Source: a virus
Strand: one strand, 5' to 3'
Length of the DNA stretch: 64,000 nucleotides
IMG/VR virus record: IMGVR_UViG_3300002835_000018
Part shown: piece after piece, positions 16,742 to 28,700 of the stretch
Layout of the letters: each line of letters begins with the position of its first letter
How positions within the stretch are numbered: position 1 is the first letter of the stretch
The notes under the pieces: model-generated
The model's input: only the letters and a program-made list of their open reading frames with translations
The model's database searches: none
Told to the model about the DNA's origin: nothing
Translations under genes and position numbers: made by a program

Positions 16742-19700
16742 ATGGCTTTTAATTTAACGGCACAGTTGAGTGTAGCATTAAATACGGCATCTTTAAAAAA
16801 TGCTGCTAACACTATCAATAGTCAATTGAAAGATGTTGGTGCAGTATCTTTGGGTATACCAAAAAATGATGCAGATAATTTAAGATATATTAAAGTGCAA
16901 GCAGCAGAAGCTAGTACTGCTATGGAACAGTTTGGTAGACAGTCAGGTTTAGCTGCTAAAAGATTTGTTGCTTTTACACTTACTGCTGGAGCTATTATCA
17001 CTTTTACATCTTCTCTAAAGCAAGCATTAACTGCTGCTGTAGAGTTTGATCGTGAAATGGTTAGATTGACTCAGGTTTCTACAGACAGTGTTGGACAAGT
17101 TGGTGCTGTAGGTAATGAAGTAAGTAGACTGTCAAAGAATTATGGCGTTTCCAGCAAAGACCTGCTTACAACGGCAGTGACATTAAAACAAGCTAACTTA
17201 AGTTTAGCAGACACTAAGGTTGCACTTGAAGCATTGGCTCAAGCTGCATTAGCCCCAAGCTTTGACAACCTGAGAGATACTACCGAAGGTGCTATTGCGG
17301 TTATGAATCAGTTTGGCATAAGTGCAAAAGACTTGGGTAATGCTCTCGGTGCAATCAATGCTGTTGCTGCTGAATTTGCTGTTGAAGCTCAAGACTTAAT
17401 TGAAGGTGTTCGTAAAGCTGGTGGTGCTTTTAAATCTGCTGGCGGTGACTTAAATGAATTTTTAGCATTATTCACATCAATTAGGCAAACAACTAGAGAA
17501 AGTGCAGAAAGTATTGGTACTGGCCTTAGAACTATATTTACTAGGGTACAGCGTAATGAAACTGTTGAAGCACTTAAGGATATTGGCGTACAGCTAAGAT
17601 ATACGGCAGACGAAGCTAGGGCTGCTGGCGATTTGGGTCTTGCAAATCAATTTGTTGGACCATATGAGGCTGTTAAAAGGCTTTCTGGTGCTCTTAATGA
17701 GCTTAGATCTACTGATCCAAGGTTTAGTGCCATTATCGAAGAACTTGGTGGATATAGGCAGATCTCCAAGGTTATACCACTTATTCAAGAATTTGGTGTC
17801 GCACAGAAAGCTTTAGGTATCGCCCAAATAGGTGGTGCTTCTCTTGCTCTAAATGCTGCACAAGCACAAGAGGCTTTTGGCGTAAAAATACAAAAGGTTA
17901 AAGAAGAATTTGCAGATTTTATTAGAAATCTTACCAATACATCTTCGTTTAGATCGCTCATAGATTTACTTCTTGGTGCTGCTTCTGCTGGTATTGCACT
18001 TGCTGATTCTTTAAAAGGAATTTTGCCAGTTATAACTGCTATTGCAGCAGTGAAGACGGTTCAAAGTTTAACTAGTTTTACAAAGGGTTTTGCTAGTACG
18101 GCTTTTGCTCCTGCACCAGCAAGTCAACCAAGTACTTTTTCTCCATTTTTGCCAACTGGGGGAAGAAAAGCTTCTGGTGGAATAATTAAAATGGCAAAGG
18201 GTGGAATTGTACCAGGAGTTGGTAGGGGAGATAAGGTTCCTGCATTGTTAGAACCTGGTGAGTTGGTTATTCCAAGAAATCGTTTTGATATGGGTGGAAA
18301 AGTATTAGATGTTATTAAAGAAACTGGTAAAACATCATTAAATGATTTATATGATCCAGAATTAGATGCGTATAAATTTATTGGACAAATAAAAAGAAAT
18401 AAATTAGGCAAATATGATAAATATAGAAAAGATTCGGAAAGAATGTTAAACGCTGGAAAAAATGTTTATGAAAATGAAATGGCTAATCCTAAATCAACTC
18501 CACAAAAAGCTGTTGAAAAAGCTAATTCTGCTGTTACAAAAGCTTTTGGAAGAAAGGTTGTGGGTGGAAGAGATAATTTTTTAGGTCAACTTGGGGAAAA
18601 TTATTTTAAGGTTAAAATCGGAGAAGGTAGTCAAAGTCAATACAATCAAATTGCTGGAGCTTTAGGCGAAGCCGATACTGCTAAAAAATTAAGAAGAAAT
18701 CCACAAACATCTAATTATGTAAAACTTCCAAATCAACAAGGAATGGATTTTATAGGTGACGATAAGTTAATTGAAACAAAGGTAACGAAAAATCAAGTTC
18801 CAGACATAGAAATTATAGCCAAGGCATTATTATATGAGGGAAAACTTGCTAATATAAATCCAAAAAGTTCTTATAAAAATCAAAGAGATGATTCAATTAA
18901 TTTATCTAATTTATCAGTATACGAATCATTTGAAAAAAAATTAGCTCTTGGAGGTTTAGTTCCAGGCGTTGGTAACACTGATAGTGTTCCATTAGATTTG
19001 CCAATTGGTTCTTATGTAATTAAAAAATCTTCAGTTAATAGCATAGGTGCTTCAAACTTATCTCGACTTGGAAGGGCTAGTGGTGGGGTTATTCCATCGT
19101 TGGTTATGCCAGGAGAATACATTTATACTCCAGATGAAACAAAGAAAATTGGAGTTCCTAACTTAGACCATATGAATACGACTGGCAGAAAGAAATTTGC
19201 TAGGGGTGGTTATGGCAGTTTAACAAAAGAAGAAATAAAAATTGCAAAACAGGTTGAAGGACAACTTAGGATACCAACAAATAAAGCAGAAAAAAGACAG
19301 AACAGACAAGAAGCAATAGCTGTTGCAGAAGATGTTACCAATACAACTAAACAAGTAAAAGCACTTGAACCTATTTATAAACAGCAAGCTAATAAGGTTG
19401 CTCAAGGTCAAAAAAATGAGGAAAACATAAATGCTGCAAGAGCAGAAATTCTAAAAACAATGGAAGAAAGAAAGGGAATATTAAAAGATGTTAAAGCAAA
19501 AGAACAAGAAGAAAGAGATATTCAAGCTAGACACATATCAAACGCTAAAGCTAAAGAGCAAGAAATTAGAGGTCTTGAAACTCAAAAAAGAGGTGTTGCT
19601 GTTGGAAGTAGAGAAGAAAAAGCAATTGATAAAAAGATACAAGCTGCAACAAGAGTTAAAACAAACTATGAAAACTTAGCAGCTAATAAGCAAGCAAGTA

Positions 19701-22700
19701 TTGATGCTGCTGCTTCAACAACAGCAGAAGCACAAAAAAATGTTGGTCAAAGTGTAAACAATTTAAAACAAGTAAATCAAAGTGCTGCTAGAAATAAAGC
19801 ATTCGTTGATCAGGCACAAAAAGATCTGGAAAAAACAGGATCAGAAATTAATGCATTAAAGAACAAATATAAAGATAATCCAGATGGAAATATTACAAAA
19901 GATGGAAAAGTAATAACATCAACTTATGGCGATGCTTATAAAAAAGAAATAAGGAAAGAACTTTCTAATTATAAAAAACTTTATGGCGAAGAAGCAACTG
20001 GTGGCACTCGTAAAGAAATTAGAGAAAATACTGCTCAAAGATTGAAGGCTGGTTATTTTAATCAAATAAAATCTTTTTCTGAAGCAAAAGGTTTAGAATT
20101 TGATGAAAAGTTTGCAAATAAGCAAGCTCAACAAATGGCTAGGGAAACCGTTGCTGGAAGAAGAAAGTTTGAAGTTTCATCTAAGGGCGAATTTTATGAT
20201 CCAGTTTTGGCCAATAGGTTAAAAACACAAGGTTATACAGAAACAGGTCAAAAGAAAATACTCAGAAAAGTTACTGATTTTGGAAAAGGTCTTGTTTCAA
20301 AAGAAGGTCTTCAAAATAGTTCTTTTGCTGTTAGTAGCGGTATTGGTCTTATAGCTTCAGCAGTAGGTCCACAAGCAGAAGATTATAAAAAGGCTGTTGC
20401 TGGTGGAGCAGAAGGTGAAAGCATAGTAAAGGCTGGTGCTGGAATTTCTGGTGGTTTAACAGGTGCTGCTACTGGATTGGCGATTGGAAGTTTTGCTGGT
20501 CCTTTTGGTATGGCTGTTGGTGCATTGATTGGTGGATTTACTGGTATAGTATCAGGTTTAACTGATGCTAAAAAACAAATCTCAAGCATAAAATTAGAAG
20601 AAGCTGGCAATAAGTTGAAAAATGCTTTTGAAGTTGCTGCTGCATCATTTGGAAAAATATCACAAGAAAATCTTAATGAAATTACAACCCTTCAATCAAA
20701 AATTGATGACGAAATTTCAACAAAAAGTGCAGCTTCTACTACCTTTTTTAGTAGAAAAAGTTATGCAAGTCAAGAAGCAACAAATACTGCTGTAGAAAGA
20801 AGAAATCAATATGCTGCACAAGCTGGTGGTATAAATGCCCTTTTGTCAAAACAACTTCAAGAGGATATAAAAAGTTCGCCTGTTGTTAGAGATGAGCAGG
20901 GAAAAAGAAAACCATATGAAATTGAAGGGTTTTTTAAAGATAGTGCAAACATAAGTCAGATTGCAAGATTGGCAATTGGTTTAGATCAACCAATAAGTAA
21001 GATTAAAAAACAGCTTGAAACATTTGCAAAAGATTTTGAGAAACAACAAAATGCTGCTAAAAGTCAAGCACAAGCAATTGAGGGGGCACAAAAATTAAGT
21101 ATAGCATTTTCTCTTATTGCTGATGCTTCAACTAATGCTGCTAATACGCTCAACAATTTAACACCAGCTTTTCAAACTATAACTGATTCACTATCTTCAA
21201 ATTTTTCAGTATCGCAAAAACAAAAAATATCAAATGAAATTCAATTGCCTTCCATAGACCCAACTGGGTTTAAGACTAATTTAAAAAATATTACTGGCGG
21301 TCTTGGTTCATCGGGAGAAAATCTACAATCTTCTGGAACAGTATTGGCAGAAATGTCTTCAATACTCCCCAATATTCTTGCGAATATAAGACCAAATGAT
21401 ATGGGTGGTGGTAAAGATCCACAATCAGCATTGCGTAGTGCTTTGACTCAACAATTAAAAGGTGTTGGTGGTCTTGATGAAACCCAAATACAAAGCTATG
21501 TAAATTCAGTCGTTGGAAAAATGGGTGAAGACTTTACAAAAATGCTTTCAGAGTCTGGTGGCGATTATAATGAACTTGCAAAAAAATTAATGTCAAATGT
21601 TTCTGATCCATTCTTAAATGCTTTTAAAACCATAACGGTTAACTTAGAAAAAGCAGCAGACACATATGTTGCTGGAATAAATAAATTAGTTCAAGCAACG
21701 CTTACAACTGTGCAGGAATTTGATAAGCTTTCAAAAATTCAACAGCAAACAAGAAATATTAGGACAAATATAGCTATTGAAGATGAGGTAAAAAGACAAA
21801 AAAAAGCAAGACCATTTTCTGATGTGAATGAAAATGTAATAGGTTTGAATATGACAAATGTGGCAGATCAAACTCAAGCATTTAGAGAACAACAGGCTAG
21901 ATTAGCTGGCGTTAATGTAAATGGTCAACAATTGACACCAGATGAAATACAAGCAAAAATAGAGCAAAATAGAGCCAGAACAGAACAGGCACAAACAAAA
22001 CAAAACAATTCAAAATTAACTGCTACAGAAGGCAGGGGCGATTATGTTGAAGCAACAAATGAATTAGGTAGATTAAAAGTAGAGGCTTCTCTTCTTAACC
22101 AAGCTATGAAAAATCTTGCTGATTCAACCGAAGAGATTTCTGCGATTGAGCAAAGGGTTGGAAAAATAAGACAAGAAATAGCAAAAGAAGAACAAGATAA
22201 TGCAAGAAAACAATCTGAAACAGAAAACAAAGGTGAAAAATTATTAACATCGTCACCAGAACAATTGCAAAGGCTTCAAGCTGGAAGTCAATTAGCAAAT
22301 GTAGCAAAATCAATTGGTGGAAATCTTTTGAGGTTTAATGTTGAACAAAGAAAAGCTATTTTTGAATATTTAGATTTTTCTGGAGATGAAGGCAAAAAAT
22401 TAAAATCTCAATTTTTACAAGCAAGTGGTTTTGTTTCTAAACCAGAAACAGCAATGCAAGATAAGTTTGGTCCACAATTAGCACAATTAAATCAACAGCT
22501 TCTTGCAGTAATGGCGGTAAGAGAACAGGCACAGATAAATATAATAAAAGATCAGCAAACTTTGCAGGGAGAATTTTTTACAAAACTATCTGCACAAAAT
22601 GAAGTTTTCTTTACAAGACTAGGGCAACAATTGTTAATGCCACAAGTGGCTCAACAACAGCAGATTCAATTAGAAAGCAATGCAAAATTAGTAGATATGA

Positions 22701-25700
22701 AAGCTTCAGAAAAGTCTGTTGCATTATTTAATCCATTAGATGCACTTGCTATACAAAATAAAGAGGTTGGTGGTGGTCAAGCTTATTACAACAATAAGAT
22801 AAGGCCAAAAACCAAAGACATAACTTCTTTCTTGCTTGCTGAAGAAGAAAGAAAAAAGATAGCAGAATTACAACCAGGGGTTGGAAAAGATAGTACAGCT
22901 ATAGCAATTAACGCTTTGGCTGGCGGTAATCTTGCTGCTAAGTTACCATCGGCACTTGCTCAAAATAAAGCTGTTCAAACTGCCAATATTGACTTAGGCA
23001 AACTATCTGAAGAAATACAAGCTGCTAATAAAGGTGGTACAGATTCTACACAATTAGCATCAATAATAACTGCTGCTATTGGTAAGAGGCTTGCTACTCT
23101 TCGAGCAGAACAAGAACAAGTTCAAGGAAATTTAGCTGGATCATTAGGTCTTAAAATTACTACTGATCAAAAAGGCAATAGAGATATAGCTAAAGATCAA
23201 GATCCTACTAAGGGTGGTGTTGGTGGTTTTGTAACAGATTTAATTAAAAATAATGTTACTGGTGCTGCTTTTACACAAGCTACTGAAGATGTAAAAAGGC
23301 TTGGCAATGTTATTGGCACACAATTTACTGCTCAAATGGGTATTCTTGAAGCACAAACAACAGCAGCAACAACACAAATAGCAGCATTAAATATTCAAAT
23401 AGCAGCTTTAGGAAAACCAAAACCTCCAGTACCAAATGCTCAAAATGTAAATGCTATTGCACCACCACAAGTGGCAAATCCACCAGTTGCACAAAACAAT
23501 CTTGTTAGACCACAAGGTATACCATTTGCACCAGCGAGATTAAGCACTGGCGGTATGGTAACCCATTCTTCTGCGATAGTTGGTGCAGATCCAAAAGTAT
23601 TTAAGCCAATAGGTCCAGATACAATACCAGCTATGTTGAATGATGGCGAATATGTGGTTAACGCAAAAGCAACATCTGAAAATCTTCCTTTGCTACAAGC
23701 CTTAAATGGCGGTGGAACAGTTAAACCTACAAAAGCAATGAATGATGGCGGTGCTGTTAAATATTTGGCTGGCGGTGCTTTTGTTGGTGGTCCTGCTGGT
23801 GCTGGTGTTGCTGTTAATGCAGTTGAATTAAAAAGAATTATAGATGATGAAAGACAAAGAAGGGTTGATCTTGCTATATTACAAAAATTTGGAAACCTTA
23901 GAGGTTCTTGGAGAAGAAATGCTTTAAATAACTCTTTGAGAATACAAGCTGGAGATAGTAATCTTACGAATATTCCTTATCAGGGTGGACAGTTTATTGC
24001 AAGTGCAATAGTTTCTCCTGCGTTTGATGAACCTTGGACTCCAATTAAAGATATAACAACCGCAGGGTTAAAAACAAATAATTTAAATCCGCAACAAAAA
24101 GAAGCTTTAAATAAAAAAGCTATATTTGGAATGCCATTAAATATTAAACCAGTTCATTATCAGTGGATTACTGGAATTACAGACAAGTACATTCGTGGTG
24201 ATTTAACACAACAACAAAAAAACACTAATATTAATGCTAATCAAAGTGTTTTTGATGTAACAGCAAAAGATGCACAAGGAAATAGCAAAGAATATTATAG
24301 AAGAAGGGCAAAATTAGACCCATTTTTTCAAGGCTTATTAGTATATGGTGCTCCAGTACAGTTTGGAGAAAATAAAAAATTTAGTGATACATTTGGATTT
24401 GATCTTGCGGATGAAAATTTTCCAGTGTTAGGTTTTTCTAAGGGCGGTCAAGCTGGTCGTAAAACTCCAGCTATGGTTCAATCTGGAGAATTTATTGTTG
24501 GTGCAGATAAAGCTAAAAAGAATAAGGGTCTTTTAGATCATATGAATGGCGGGGGTAAGGTTAGTTATTTAAGCTTGGGAGGTATGAGTGAAGCAGATGA
24601 GTTTATGAGAAATTCATCTAAACCAGGTGTTCAAAACATATTACAAACTTTTAGGAATAATGATAGTGGTCCAGGTAATCTTAAAATTAAAAGGATGGAC
24701 CCACTTAACACAACTGGCGTAGCAACAAGGGGCACTGAATATCTTTTAGAAAGAGCAAGACACTACCTTGGAGAACGAATAGCTAATCAATTTTCAAGAA
24801 TTTTAAGTAAACCAGCAGAAGATGTTGGACCAGATAGAAGAGTTATGAAAAAAATGCAGATGTTTCAAGATATTCTGCCTACATTAGAAAAAAATCCAGA
24901 ACAACTTGAGAGCACAAGAGGGTTTTACAATATAAAAAGAGACACAGCAGTAACTTTAATACGAGGTGAAGCTGGACCAGTCCAGCCCCAATCGTCACGA
25001 AAAACCACTAGGCATGAATTTGGTGGTCATGCTCTTACATATGCTGCTGAAAAACCTGGAGCCAAGCTTAAAAATTCAATATTTGGATCTCTTGGATTAG
25101 ACACGCTTGAGAACTTGTTTAAACCAACAAGAACAGTTGCTGAAACACACGCTAGAATTGTTGAAGAAAAAAGTCCAGCAGCTTCATTAAAAAGAATGAT
25201 AAGTTTTTTATCTAATCAAAAAGCAGCCAATGCTTATGGTGCTAACCCAATTTTAGGTAAAGATGCATTAGGATTTCATGCACAAGCCCTTAAAGATTTA
25301 CAAGGAAATAAAGGTCAGATTCCAATAGATGGTCTTTTATCAGGGGCTGGTAAAGGTAAAGAGGCAGAACTTTTTAAAGAATTTTTGACAAGAGCAGGTA
25401 AAAAAACATCATCCATAAGTGAAGTAGCTGGTAAGTCCTACATTAATGCAAAAGCATTTGTTGGTGCTGGTCTTTTAAATCCTAAAAAATCTATAGGTGC
25501 AGGATTAGTTGCAGCAGCATCTTTATTTGGTTCTACTGGAAAATCATATGGACAAGAAGCAATTAAAGCCAAAGATAGTGATTCAATTGTAATACCAGGA
25601 TATGAATCAACAGAAGAACAAATAAAAGCTGATAACGATTTGAAAGCTATACAAGCAAATGAAAAGTTTTGGGAAAATGCTATTATGGCAGGGTATATTG

Positions 25701-28700
25701 CTTCTCCTTTTGCTGCTGTTGGTACTGTTGCTTTAGCATCAAGATATAGAACTAATCAAAAAATAGCTGGTTTATTTCCAGATGATGTAGATGCTCAAAA
25801 AAAATATAGGAAAGGAAGTGCAGCCGACAGAATGATAATGATTAAAAATTTAAAGTATACCGAAGAAGGAAAAAGTTTAGTAAAAACATATGAGTCTTTT
25901 ATAAAAGACACAACTAATAAAGGTATAGTTACTAGAAATGTACCATTTGCTGGATTTTTTGGTCGTCTTGGTAAAGGTATTGGTAAGTTTGGCGTAAATA
26001 CTGTCAAGGGTATTGGTAATATTGTTGGCGATTTTAACAGTGGTGAGCTTCAGTCAAATATTATAAAAAGTATTGGTATTGGCAAATCAGACGAAATACC
26101 AATGAATAAAGCTGGTGGAGTAGATTGGGGTAAAAATATTCCAACCAATCAAATAGAAGCTAGTATAAAAAGTCCAGATACCACTCCACAAATGAGGGCT
26201 GTTTTACAAAAAATATTGGATGAAAGAGCAGGAAAACCAACTTCAGAAGTTTCAACAAATCCAGTTGTTTCAGAAACATCAAATAATCCTATTAAAGTTG
26301 AAAAAGTAATTAATGATCTTTCTAATTTTGAACGAAATAAAAATGTTTCAATGAAACAAATAAAAGATTTAAATTTAAGCGACCTTAAAAAAATATATGA
26401 AAATAAAAATCTTCCTAAAAAATATAGAGAACAAGCACAAACAGAAAGATTTAATAGAATTGTAAACGATAAAACAAATAATAATATTGCTGCAAACAAG
26501 CAAGATTTTGTAAATGAATTTAAAAAATTAAGTCCGCTTGATCAAAACAGATTTGTAACTATGTATGAGGCAGATCAGTTAACAGCACCATTAGATTCAG
26601 AAATACCAAAACCAAAAACAAACGAAGCAAAACCAGTTGTAATAGAAAAACCAATTAAAAATAGTACCAATAATAATATTTACGAATTTTTAAAGAGTAA
26701 AAAAGTTCCAGAAAACATAATAAAAGCCACACTTAAAAAAACCTCAAGATTTTTAGAAAGTCCTATTGCACAACCAATAACTAAAAAAATTGCATTGGAT
26801 ATTGCCAATGACATAAAAACAAGAATGGTTACTGCTTCACAAAAATCTACAGAGGGTAAACCTAATGAGTTACAACTTTCAAAAGAAAAGTATAAGGCAG
26901 ATGCCAACAAGTTTTTACAAAATGAATTGGATGCTAGATATGGTGAAAGAAAATTAATTTCTAAAAATGGGCTTAAACCTCTTAAATTAACTAGAGAAAC
27001 ACCAATTCCTGGTAATGTAATAGCGGAAATTCAATCCAGAAACCCTTATCTTTTAGCAAATCAGATTTACAACGCAAGAGAAAATGCTGCCACTGCTAAT
27101 TTTAGAACAGAAGGATTATCAGTAGAACAAATTCAAGCTAAAAAAATAGAATATGCTAAAAGAGCAGCCATTTTTCGAAACATAAAAAGTGCAGAACAAC
27201 AAAGAGCAATATCGCTTGCTCAAGCAAGAGAGGTCATTAGATTAGAAAATATAGCTTTACAAGAAGTAGAAGGTTTTAAAAGAGCAGAAGGTGCAAGAAA
27301 AAGAATAGAAAATGCTAATAAAGAAATAGAAAGACAAAACGCAGCAAAAAATAAAAATGTAATTGGAATAAAACCAGATGGTGAAGTAAAAGCTGGAAAA
27401 GTTCAAGTGAAAGTGGAAAAAAAAGTTCGGGATGTATTTAATATAAAACCAGATGAAGTAAAAGCCGAAAAAAATCTTGGCATTCCTAAAGAAATTCCAA
27501 AAGAGATATATGGTTTAAAACCAGATCCAGTAAAAACAGATATAACAAATAAAACTGAACCAAGCAAAGTACCACCAAAAGTTGATGTAACAACAGGCAA
27601 TAAACCAAATCTAAATGATGCAGGAAAAGGAACAGTTGTTCCAACAACAACAGAGGGAAGAACTGGTGTTCAACCAAGCAAAGTACCACCATCAGAATTA
27701 GTTGGACCACTACCACCAACACCAGAACAAATAGCAGCAGAAGCAGCAGCAAAAGCTGAAACAGCAAAAGCAACTGAAGCAGCTAAAGCAGAACCAGCAG
27801 CAAAAAACAATGCACCTGTTGAAGCACCAAAAACTGTTAGACAAATTTTAGAAAAAAACGGTGTCACTCCAAGTGAAATGGCTCAAGTACAAAATCAATT
27901 TCCAGATATTGCAAAAGGTAGAAAAATTAATGAAATAATGAAAGCTGTCCAACGAGTAAGAGAAAAAAATAAAGCAAGTTTTGTGGAAACAAACAATCAA
28001 CTAATTAGAGCAAACAATAACTCTAAAACTATAATTGGCAATAGTTCAAAATTCAATATGATCGATGGTGGAAAAACAATACAAAAATATGGCACTTATG
28101 CACAAATAGCATTGCCACTCGTTAAAACATCAATTGTTGATTATATGAATGGTGTTGATCCAAGTGAAATTAAGAAAAAGTTGGGTGCAGAAGCATTAAC
28201 TTCAGCAGCACTTATACCTCTGTTTGAAGGTCTTACAAGAATACCAAAAGTAGCTCCATTTGCTGGACCTTTAGGATTAGCATTTCTGCCTCAAACAGCT
28301 ACTGACTTAGAAAAAATAGGAACGGCTCTGACCACTAACAAAAATCAAGGTCAAATTAAATCTGTTGTTGAAAATTATGGAACAGTTTTTCCAGAAATTG
28401 CAAATCTATACGACAAGAAAAAATATGAAAGTTCAAGTTTAATACTTGGAGAAAGCGATGCTGATACAACACTTGCTGGACAAGGAGCTTCTTATCTTGG
28501 AACAATAGCTGCTGGAGCACTTGCTGGAAGTGCTATTCCTATTCCTGGTGGCACATTACTTGGTGGTGCAGCCGGATTTTTAATTGCTTCTTATAAATTT
28601 TTAAGAGATACATATGCTAGAAATTTAAAACTAAGAAAAAACGATGAGGCTAAAACACTAAGAAAGTATTTACAACCAAGGTTTGATGCTAGAGGTATGG

